A stretch of DNA of 64,000 nt from a virus. Below the pieces are notes generated by a model that was not told the DNA's origin, did not search any database, and saw only the letters and a list, made by a program, of their open reading frames with translations. Of this stretch, positions 10,701 to 19,800 are shown piece by piece. The position numbers and the translations under genes are program-made. Where the stretch lies: positions 57,554-121,553 of IMG/VR virus record IMGVR_UViG_3300031952_002809; one strand, written 5' to 3'. Numbering within the stretch: the stretch's first letter is position 1; each line of letters opens with the position of its first letter.

Positions 10701-13700
10701 ATCGGCTACCAGGCGGCGCAAGCGGCATCGTCCGTTGCTAATAGCGTATTTATTGGTTATCGTGCTGCATACAGTGTTACGAATTCTCCCGGACTACTTA
10801 CTATAATTGGTTATCAAGCTGGCTACTCCACAACGTCTGGAAATAGCACAACACTTATTGGTGGTAACGCTGGGTATTATCTTACTACAGAAAATTTTAA
10901 TACATTCATTGGAGCTGCTGCTGGTTTTTATGTTACTGCTGCTAACAATATTTTAATTGGGTATCGTTCTGGCTATGGAGCTTCTGGTCAGAGCACGGGT
11001 ATTCAGAATGTTGCTATTGGAAATTATACTCTTGAAGATATAACTACTGCTACTGAGAATGTTGTTGTTGGAAATAACGCAGGGCATGATATAACAACAG
11101 GAAGTTATAATGTTTTATTGGGCGGAACTGCCGGTAATGCATTAACTACGCAAAGTTATAACATAGCAATCGGATTGTCTGCTCTTTATACTAATGCTGC
11201 TGATTATAATATTGCAATAGGATATAAAGCTGGTGAATTAAATGTTAGTGGAACTTCGTTAGTATATATAGGATATACCGCAGGAAGATATGCTACAGGA
11301 GCATCTAACCTTTATATAGGAGATTGCGCTGGAAGAGGGGTGTCCGGTCAAAGTACTGGTATAGCAAATATTGCTATCGGAGCAACAGCCTTATACGTGT
11401 ATACAACAGGCCACGATAACACAGCAATAGGACTTCAGTCTTTACAATCCCTCACGACAGGGAATTACAATACAGCTATTGGGGCTAATGCTGGATATGG
11501 TATAACTACAACTAATGGTAATATGCTACTGGGAACATACGCAGGACAATATGTTGATGGAAACTATAATACTTATATTGGATATCAAACTGGTCTTGGG
11601 TCAAGTGGTGCTTCAACGGGTATTGGGAATGTTGGTATTGGATTCAGTGCCGCTGCTGCAACTACTATTGGAAGTTATAATATTTCTATAGGATATCTAG
11701 CCGCTTCAGCTCTTCAAAACATGACTGATACAATAATGATAGGAAGATATGCTGGTGGTAAATCATTTGGAAATGATACCGGAAGTATTTATATGGGTGC
11801 ATATTCCGGCCAATACTGTGTTGGCAATGCTGCTAATGTACTTATAGGATACAATATATTGACTGCTGGAGTAACAAATAGCAGTGTTATTATTGGATAC
11901 AATGCATATAGAGGAAGTCAGGGAACTTCTGAAGTAACTAATATAACGGTTAATAGTGCCACAATTGCAAATTATGTTGGTGATTGGTATCGCTTCTATA
12001 GTGCATATGATCCAGCAGCATTTACCTTTGATTTCTGGTTCGACACAACTGGATCAGATTCGAAACCCGCCGGAGCAAATGGAACTGTTCAAACTAAAAT
12101 AAATATTACGGGTTTAACAACTGTCCATCAAATTGCCACTGCGATTGCAACAGCAATGAATGGAATGACCTATTGTGGATTGCAAATATTTTCCAGCAGT
12201 AGCACAACGTCTCCAGCTATAATTACAGCTGTGCGACCTGGTACGGTTACTGATCCAGTCATGACTAATGCCAGCGAATTGTCTGCTACCGTTACAACAC
12301 AAGGGGCTTCTGCTGCATACGGTGTTGCGAATGTGTATATTGGATACCAAGCTGGATATTCTACAAGCTACGGTTATCATAATGTATATCTTGGATACCA
12401 AGCTGGGTATTCGGGGACATCTGCAGATTCTGGAATAGCAATTGGATATAATGCTGGATATGCAAATTCTACTCAAACGGGTTCTGTTTTTATCGGGCAT
12501 TCTGCTGGGCAATATGCTACCGGTGTTTCTGTAACATTTGTTGGTTATCATGCCGGTATGGGAGTAACTGGTCAAAGCTCGGGACAAGCTAATACTTTTA
12601 TTGGATATAATAGTGGTCAGGCATTTACAACAGCTGCTCACAATACATGTATTGGCGCTAATGCTGGATCAAATATTACTACAGGGCAAGGCAATGTTTT
12701 AGTTGGGACAGGAACTAGTCTTTACAGTGCGTCAGGAAGCTATAATACAATTTTAGGAGGTTATGCAAACACAGGATACCCATACTTAGCAAATACTGTA
12801 GCTAGTAATGTAATGATTGGATATAATGCAGGATATTATTCCGTATCATCATTATTGAATGTATTTATTGGAAATGAGTCTGGGTATAATGCTTTAGCAA
12901 CTAGTTATAATGTATTTGTTGGTAATTACTCTGGAAGGAATGTTACAACTAGTCGTAATATTGCAATAGGCTATCAAACATACGGCGGCACTTCAATAAC
13001 AGTAGCGTATGAGAGTACCCGAGTATCGTGTGTAGCTGACGTAAGTGGGTCTTTAGCTGGAAAATATTTTTCATTTTCATCAACTACAACGACATATTGG
13101 TTATGGTATCAAGTATCGGGATCTGGTACTGCCCCAACTCCAGATGCTGGTCAGACATTAGTACAATGTAACCTCACAACTAACGATACTGCTATATCAG
13201 TAGCGACTAAAACTATTACAGCAATACAAGGAATTAGTGGTACTCCAGTCTATGCGTATCCTCTAACCGGTTCCGTGTATGTATATATTGTAAATAAATT
13301 AGCAGGCAATGTTACTGATGCTGCTAATGGTGCTGGCGGACTTTCTCCGGGATTTTCTTTTACATACACGCAAGGATCTGGTACTTCCACTACAGCTACA
13401 GAAGGAGTAGCATTAGGGCATCAAGCATTGACTGCAGTAACATCAGGTTCATCCAATACAGCACTTGGATACAGGGCAGGGTATACATTAACAACAGGAA
13501 CAAATAACATTTTTGTTGGGCATACAGCAGACACAACGTCCACAGGGTTAGTAAATTCTATTGTTATTGGTTATGGGGCTACTACAGCTACAAGCAATCA
13601 AATATATGTCGGTAATGCTTCAACAACATCTGCAATCGTAAAAGGTATTTATGGAAATACCAATGGAGCAAATTCCTTCGTACGTATAGGATCAGACGGT

Positions 13701-13943
13701 ACTTTATATCAAGATAATAATCCTCCTACTGGTGGTGGAACATACGCTGAAGAGATATTCACCGCAACACCTGCACAGACAAATTTTTCATTATCCAATG
13801 CCCCGCTTGCTGAAGCATCAACATGGGTATTTATAGATGCAGCTTATTCTGCAACAGACCAATATACAATATCGACTACGACATTAATACTGGGAACTGG
13901 ATTGGCTGGTGGAGAGAAAGTAGTAATTAAGTACATTTATTAG
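7770..13943 (+). CDS. Long tail-fibre/adhesin-like protein (2057 aa)
   Basis: Thr/Ser/Gly-rich; many ~14-aa N-x-x-I-G-Y-x-A-G beta-roll repeats; fibre motif YTAGMVVRFKANSTNTGASTINVN. Confidence 0.8.
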   Translation: MALIDRAFDVLNGISLGDTVGIFYSDASPNTSGLDSPEGSIALQVPPSGEPQLWKKFGSSSTAWKKLQTKTYTSTGIPTTNNDGVDTAGIGITFEPGDLWINTDTSTGFYVCFQNTTGSALWGQAGGAASFESSTANIKMDGTASVGELNTVPRADHVHPSDTSKQNAHAIGNLTTSTGLLVSGGTGAVIGSGTVLSLPQLLGPSDSPTFVDVTLSSMHRTVSALGTDTKMATGVPFGERGKFKVAFTYSAPNIVATISFVGANTSFSYYISGKKFTVTSTGLSAYTKSATAAEGTWYFYINQSTTDVNAPDVSLSQIPWTIYDPDVLLWNAYYNATATDITWVGEERHTAGRDIYNHARNHAQGAIYKSGLLFSQYNGLTAFSSNTDNNFGRAQAIVSSGSFYDEDIQNTISHTDASITSTTSSPATGWNLTVNQFLGFTALATTGTNATTIVFTTTRTLATGQAVTVMTGNTTTVRGTTTITTGGTSTSFTVSSVTGLASGDAIVIGARIPIYYISAVAGGVYTWRKLTSTDFLGVSGGVAITAATIASATCQYNNATAGGFATITANRYYPMYLIATNMTSEPVIAVLGQGQSTNATLATALGEAPFQFANVAGLSGLGIQEAVPFYRLTYHYNTGGAFTNTRIKVVDVTFLNLRVSTVSGTVIGSSPSTMAASQVTTDTTNFSNVLSTSDTTVQNALDTIDDHVHNTYWGGTDSGSTNAFVVTPSPAATAYTAGMVVRFKANSTNTGASTINVNALGTKTIKKNGLSDLVSNDIVSGQIVTLVYDGTYFQLQVVEGIVSYALVSDAEAATGFGNNLCYVVATDTLYRYIAAGSAYTDDNKYVLSTGSGGNTRWVGVAGRYIYTSTNVFYGFESSFSTSSGMYNTSFGTNSLYTNSAGGANVAVGHNALYSSNADSNTAVGKSAGSSTTGGYNTYIGNSSGTNATSGTGNTAVGFSAYSGASGPTYATGSSNVAIGYQAAQAASSVANSVFIGYRAAYSVTNSPGLLTIIGYQAGYSTTSGNSTTLIGGNAGYYLTTENFNTFIGAAAGFYVTAANNILIGYRSGYGASGQSTGIQNVAIGNYTLEDITTATENVVVGNNAGHDITTGSYNVLLGGTAGNALTTQSYNIAIGLSALYTNAADYNIAIGYKAGELNVSGTSLVYIGYTAGRYATGASNLYIGDCAGRGVSGQSTGIANIAIGATALYVYTTGHDNTAIGLQSLQSLTTGNYNTAIGANAGYGITTTNGNMLLGTYAGQYVDGNYNTYIGYQTGLGSSGASTGIGNVGIGFSAAAATTIGSYNISIGYLAASALQNMTDTIMIGRYAGGKSFGNDTGSIYMGAYSGQYCVGNAANVLIGYNILTAGVTNSSVIIGYNAYRGSQGTSEVTNITVNSATIANYVGDWYRFYSAYDPAAFTFDFWFDTTGSDSKPAGANGTVQTKINITGLTTVHQIATAIATAMNGMTYCGLQIFSSSSTTSPAIITAVRPGTVTDPVMTNASELSATVTTQGASAAYGVANVYIGYQAGYSTSYGYHNVYLGYQAGYSGTSADSGIAIGYNAGYANSTQTGSVFIGHSAGQYATGVSVTFVGYHAGMGVTGQSSGQANTFIGYNSGQAFTTAAHNTCIGANAGSNITTGQGNVLVGTGTSLYSASGSYNTILGGYANTGYPYLANTVASNVMIGYNAGYYSVSSLLNVFIGNESGYNALATSYNVFVGNYSGRNVTTSRNIAIGYQTYGGTSITVAYESTRVSCVADVSGSLAGKYFSFSSTTTTYWLWYQVSGSGTAPTPDAGQTLVQCNLTTNDTAISVATKTITAIQGISGTPVYAYPLTGSVYVYIVNKLAGNVTDAANGAGGLSPGFSFTYTQGSGTSTTATEGVALGHQALTAVTSGSSNTALGYRAGYTLTTGTNNIFVGHTADTTSTGLVNSIVIGYGATTATSNQIYVGNASTTSAIVKGIYGNTNGANSFVRIGSDGTLYQDNNPPTGGGTYAEEIFTATPAQTNFSLSNAPLAEASTWVFIDAAYSATDQYTISTTTLILGTGLAGGEKVVIKYIY

Positions 13944-13951
13944 GAAATGCT

Positions 13952-16852
13952 ATGGACAAAATAACAACAAAGTCCGTTGACTTTTTAAGCGACGATATAA
14001 CTCTAGCTGCGGATAGTAGTACTTTAGTATCTACTCAGCATGCTACTAAACAATTCGTTGCGAATTACATTACATCAACAGGTATTCGAACTTTTACTAC
14101 GGTATCTGCTGCGGAAACATCAACGGGAACTGATAATAACCTATGTTATGTTGTAGAGACAGATACATTCTATAGATACACCTCAACAGGCTCTGCATAT
14201 ACTGACGATAATAAATGGATACTAAGTACTGGAGATGGTGGAGATACTAGATGGATTGGTGTTAGTGGAAAGTATATTTATACAAATAATTATTATGCGG
14301 CAGATAATTTATTTTATGGATTTGGTGCTTTACCAAAATTAAATAATCTTTATCAAGAAAATAATTTTGCTATGGGGCATAGTGCAGCAGCATTAATGGA
14401 ATATGGAGCTAGTAATACAATTATTGGAAATCATGCACTTGAACATACAGATGAAGGCTATGCTAGTATAATCATTGGTTATCAAGCTGGATATAATATT
14501 GATTATATAGAATATAGTATATTAATTGGGGAAACTACGGGGGAGAATATTTCTAATTGTAATAGTAATATTGCAATTGGACATCAATGCTTGCGTGGCC
14601 TGACTGATAGTTCTGCTAATCATTCTATTGCTATAGGTAACGATGCTTTGGTTGGAGTAACAACAGCACAATATAATATTGCTATTGGTCATGCTGCAGG
14701 TTACATCTCCTCAGGTTCTAACAATGTACTATTAGGTTATGATGCTGATGTCGCAACAGATACTAATTCCAACTCAATAGTAATTGGTTCAGGGGCAGTA
14801 TCTATAGCAAATAATCAAACCTTTATAGGTAACGCTTCTACAACTTCCACAATTATAAAAGGAATTTATGGAAATACAGATGGTTCTAATCCTTATGTAA
14901 GGGTTGGCTCTAACGGCACACTATACGAAGATAATAATGCTCCTGTATCTGGAGTTACAACATACACTACTGTTTCTGCTGCGGAAACATCAACGGGAAC
15001 TGATAATAACCTATGTTATGTTGTAGAGACAGATACATTCTATAGATACACCTCAACAGGCTCTGCATATACTGATGATAATAAATGGATACTAAGTACT
15101 GGAGATGGTGGAGATACTAGATGGATCGGGGTTAGTGGAAAATACATATACACAACAGATAATTTATTTTATGGATTTGGTGCCTTATATAACATATTAT
15201 ATGGGGGAAATAATGTTGCAATAGGAAATAATGCATTATTCACTAATGTTTATGGGGCAGCGAATATTGCAATTGGTAATAATGCTTTATTATACAATGA
15301 TGGGGATGATGTTATTTCCATTGGATATAACTCTTTAGGTAATATTACTGAGGGTTATACTTCGGTTGTAATTGGATCTAATGCTGGGTATAATGCTACA
15401 AGTGTTAATGGTAGTGTGCTTATTGGTTTCGAGGCCGGTTATAACTATTCAGGTCCTGATGATGTGATTGCTATAGGCCGAGGAGCTGCATATGGGAACG
15501 CTAGTACTGCAAGTTATATAATTGCCTTAGGAGGTGATTCATTATATTCTATTACTTCTGGATATTATAATACAGCTGTTGGGTTCAGTGCAGGATACGC
15601 ACTTCAAACCGGAGAATCTAACGTAATGTTAGGAAATAATTCTAATTCTTCTAATATTAGTGGAAGTTATAATGTTGCTGTTGGTCGAGGAGCTTTACAG
15701 TACAATACTACAGATAATAATGTAGCAGTAGGCTATCTAGCAGGAGATTTATTAACAACAGGAACAAATAATGTTATACTAGGTTATGATGCTGATGTCG
15801 CAACAGATACTAATTCCAACTCAATAGTAATTGGTTCAGGGGCAGTATCTATAGCAAATAATCAAACCTTTATAGGTAATTCTTCTACCGGTTCTGCAAT
15901 CGTAAAAGGTATTTATGGAAATACCAATGGAGCAAATTCCTTCGTACGTATAGGATCTGATGGTACCCTCTATCAAGATAACAACCCACCTGCCACCGTA
16001 ACTTTTGAAACATCAACTGGAAATATTAAACAAGATGGTGCTGTTTCTGTTGGAGTGCTATCAACAGTACCAAGGGCAGATCATATACATCCGACTGATA
16101 CTTCTCGTCAAGCAGTGCTTACACCAGGTTCCATATCTGAAACCACAAGCTCTGTTCTGACTATAACTAATGGATCTAATTCTACTGTTGGTCCGAATGT
16201 TACAATACAAGTTGCACAAGCGAATACCAGCACTGGAGGATACCTTTCAGCAGCTGATTGGAATGCCTTTAATAATTCAGGTATTGTAAAATATAGCACA
16301 GTATCCGTTGCAGAAACTTCGACTGGAATAGACAACGATATATGCTACGTAGTAGAAACAGAATCCTGGTATCGATATGAATCTTCGGGTTCTGCTTATA
16401 CTGTTGATCATTTGTATGTACTTTCTACTGGTGATGCCGGAAACACTCGTCGGTTAGCTGTTTCAGGTAAATACACTAACGCTTCATCAGTTTATTTTAA
16501 TGGTATTTATGCCAATACGAGTGCTTCTGAACCATATGTTCGGGTAGGGACTGATGGAAAACTCTATCGAGATAATTCATCCCTACGCTATAAAAAGAAT
16601 ATAACTGATATAGAAATTGATACTGCTAAAATATACAGCCTACGACCTGTATCGTACAATTCAATATCTGCTGAAGATACTAAACGTCATATTGGTTTGA
16701 TAGCTGAAGAAGTGGCAGAGATACTTCCTGAAGTTGTTGGATATGCTGACGGAAAGCCGGATCATATTAATTACGATAGATTGGTTGTTCCATTAATATC
16801 TGAGATTAAGAAACTCAAACAAGAAATTGAAGAATTAAAAAAGAGAGTATAA
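13952..16852 (+). CDS. Tail fibre with C-terminal intramolecular chaperone (peptidase S74) domain
   Basis: NSSLRYKKNITDI, LRPVSY, HIGLIAEEV, terminal coiled coil; beta-roll repeats. Confidence 0.85.
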   Translation: MDKITTKSVDFLSDDITLAADSSTLVSTQHATKQFVANYITSTGIRTFTTVSAAETSTGTDNNLCYVVETDTFYRYTSTGSAYTDDNKWILSTGDGGDTRWIGVSGKYIYTNNYYAADNLFYGFGALPKLNNLYQENNFAMGHSAAALMEYGASNTIIGNHALEHTDEGYASIIIGYQAGYNIDYIEYSILIGETTGENISNCNSNIAIGHQCLRGLTDSSANHSIAIGNDALVGVTTAQYNIAIGHAAGYISSGSNNVLLGYDADVATDTNSNSIVIGSGAVSIANNQTFIGNASTTSTIIKGIYGNTDGSNPYVRVGSNGTLYEDNNAPVSGVTTYTTVSAAETSTGTDNNLCYVVETDTFYRYTSTGSAYTDDNKWILSTGDGGDTRWIGVSGKYIYTTDNLFYGFGALYNILYGGNNVAIGNNALFTNVYGAANIAIGNNALLYNDGDDVISIGYNSLGNITEGYTSVVIGSNAGYNATSVNGSVLIGFEAGYNYSGPDDVIAIGRGAAYGNASTASYIIALGGDSLYSITSGYYNTAVGFSAGYALQTGESNVMLGNNSNSSNISGSYNVAVGRGALQYNTTDNNVAVGYLAGDLLTTGTNNVILGYDADVATDTNSNSIVIGSGAVSIANNQTFIGNSSTGSAIVKGIYGNTNGANSFVRIGSDGTLYQDNNPPATVTFETSTGNIKQDGAVSVGVLSTVPRADHIHPTDTSRQAVLTPGSISETTSSVLTITNGSNSTVGPNVTIQVAQANTSTGGYLSAADWNAFNNSGIVKYSTVSVAETSTGIDNDICYVVETESWYRYESSGSAYTVDHLYVLSTGDAGNTRRLAVSGKYTNASSVYFNGIYANTSASEPYVRVGTDGKLYRDNSSLRYKKNITDIEIDTAKIYSLRPVSYNSISAEDTKRHIGLIAEEVAEILPEVVGYADGKPDHINYDRLVVPLISEIKKLKQEIEELKKRV
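14105..15126. repeat. 152-bp near-identical direct repeat (14105-14256 and 14975-15126)
   Basis: One C/T mismatch by eye; offset 870 bp, in frame. Confidence 0.9.
14733..15879. repeat. 100-bp identical direct repeat (14733-14832 and 15780-15879)
   Basis: taggttatgatgctgatgtcgca...tttataggtaa in both copies. Confidence 0.9.
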
Positions 16853-16853
16853 T

Positions 16854-19800
16854 ATGGCCAAACGACATACCATCTTAAATGCATTAAAAGATAGCAATGG
16901 TTATAATAATGCATTACAAAAAATCTTTGGGGATACTGTTGGTTTGGTTGCTGATACAGAAAATCCTTACGCTCTATCAATAGCGGGGGGCTTTAATAAA
17001 TACAATGAAGTAAATTATTTTTATGAATATAGAGATGAAGATTCTTTTCAAAAATGGGATTTACACGATTATCCTATTGGAGTATATCAATTATTATTTG
17101 ATCCTGAAAATAACGCTGAAGATTTTAATACTTTTTATAATTATTCTGAACGTTCTTCGTCTGGGTTTGATGGTGCTACAAACACCATTGCCATTCAATC
17201 TGATGGAAAAATATTAGTAGGAGGTTATTTTATTACATACGATGATGGAATAATAGCCCCCTACGACTGTCCTGATTATCTATGTCGATTAAACTCTGAT
17301 GGTACTTTGGATCAGACTTTTAATTATAGTGTTGGTAATGCAAGAGGTTTTGATAATATAGTTAAGGCTATAGCTATTCAATCTGATGGAAAAATATTAG
17401 TTGGGGGTAGTTTTACTACATATGCCGATGGAATTATCACAAATACTGACTGTCCTGATTATCTATGTCGATTAAACTCTGATGGTACTTTGGATCAGAC
17501 TTTTAATTATAGTGTTGGTAATGCAAGAGGTTTTAATTTGAATGTTAATACTATTGTTGTGCTATCGAATGGTAAAATATTAGTAGGTGGTTATTTTACT
17601 ACATACGATGATGGAATTATCACAAACACTGACTGTCCTAAGTATTTATGTCGTCTTAATGCAGATGGTACATTAGATCAAACATTTAATTATTCTGCTG
17701 GCAACACACGAGGGGGGGATGAGGAGGTCACATCCATTGTTGTTCAATCAGATGGTAAAATAATAGTGGGGGGGTGGTGGACCGCATATTCTGATGGAAT
17801 TATAACTCCAGCAGACTGTCCTAAGTATTTATGTCGTCTTAATGCAGATGGTACTTTGGATCAGACTTTTAATTATTCTGCTGGCAACACGAGAGGTTTT
17901 AATGATGGTGCTTATTCTGTTGCTCTTCAATCAGATGGTAAGATAATAGTATGTGGTAATTTTACATCTTATACTGATGAAATTATAACTCCAGCAGACT
18001 GTCCAGATAAATTATGTCGTCTTAATGCAGATGGTACTTTGGATCAGACTTTTAATTATAGTGTTGGTAATGCAAGAGGATTTTCATCTCTTATGCATGC
18101 AGTTGCTATTCAATCAGATGGTAAGATACTAGTAGGTGGGACTGTCTCTGCAACCTATACCGACGGACTTATAACCCCAGGAGACTGTCCTCGTGGTATA
18201 AGTCGTATTAATACCAATGGAACATTAGATCAAACGTTTAATTATAAGGCTGGTATTACTGATAGAGGGCTTAATGGTGCTACAAACACCATTGCCATTC
18301 AATCTGATGGAAAAATATTAGTAGGGGGCAGTTTTACTTCATATACAGATGGAACTATCATGAATACATCATGTCCTGCTTTTTTATGTCGATTGAATAC
18401 AACTGGAACGTTAGATCAAACATTTAATTATTTTCCTTTGAGAGGTTTTTTCGGTATTAATGGTACAGTTAGTGCTATAGCTGTTCAATCTGATGGTAAA
18501 ATATTAGTAGGAGGTTTTTCTATTAAATATGCCGATGAAATTATAACTCCAGCAGACTGTCCAGATAGATTATGTCGTCTTAATGCAGATGGTACTTTGG
18601 ATCAGACTTTTAATTATAGTGTTGGTAATGCAAGAGGTTTTGATAATACTGTATTTTCCATTGCCATTCAATCTGATGGTAAAATATTAGTTGGGGGTAG
18701 TTTTTCTACATACGATGATGGAATTATAACCGCTACTCATGCTCCAGATAGATTATGTCGTCTTAATGCAGATGGTACATTAGATCAAACATTTAATTAT
18801 ACCGCTTCTACAGGAAGAGGGTTTAATGGTGTAGTTTATGCTATAGCTATTCAATCGGATGGAAAAATATTAGTTGGGGGTAATTTTTCATCTTATACTG
18901 ATGGAGTAATTACAGCTACCCACTGTCCCGATTATGTATGTCGTCTTAATACCAATGGGACTCTAGACCAGACTTTTAATTATACTACTGCTACGGGAAG
19001 AGGGTTTAGTAGTACAGTTAGTGCTATAGCTATTCAATCGGATGGTAAAATATTAGTAGGGGGAGCATTTGTTTCATATGCCGATGGAATTATAACCGCT
19101 ACTCATGCTCCAGATAGATTATGTCGTCTTAATGCAGCTGGTACATTAGATCAAACATTTAATTATACTACTGCTACGGGAAGAGGGTTTGGTGGTACAG
19201 TTTATGCTATAGTTATTCAATCAGATGGTAAGATACTAGTGGGAGGGACTTCTGTATCTTATACTGATGGAATTATAACTCCAGCAGATTGTCCAGATAG
19301 ATTATGCCGAGTAAGCGCAGATGGAACATTAGATACTTCGTTTAATTATAGTGTGGGAGTCACCACAAGAGGGTTTTCTGCTGGTACCGTGCAGTCAGTA
19401 GTAAGATTAAGTGACGATACATTTGTAGTTGGAGGATTCGGTTTAGTTGCTTATACTGATGCAACAGGAAGCTCTCTAACTATTTGTGATAATTTGTGTA
19501 GTATAGATACAGATGGAACATTAATACAATCCAGAAATTATAATGGAATATGTAGCACTGCAGTAAATGCTATAGCTGTTGTACCTTATACTAATGAAAT
19601 TTATTGTGGTGTAGCAAATACGGGTACTTCTCATTATTATACTCATAGTGAGACAACATATTATCGTATTAATAAGGGTCTTTTAAAACTTAAATATGAT
19701 TTATCTCTTGATACTACATTTAATGGTTTAAGAGGGTTTACTTTTACTGATGATATACTATATAAAACTATACTTCAATCTGATGGTAAAGTATTAGCTG

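Larger units (their letters stand above)
13629..15957. repeat. 65-bp identical block shared by two adjacent fibre genes (13629-13693 and 15893-15957)
   Basis: tctgcaatcgtaaaaggt...cgtataggatc in both genes. Confidence 0.9.

Noticed and set aside
14105-15879. Diversity-generating retroelement TR/VR pair
   Set aside because: Copies are essentially identical, the lone mismatch is not at adenine, both are coding, and no reverse transcriptase is in the window.
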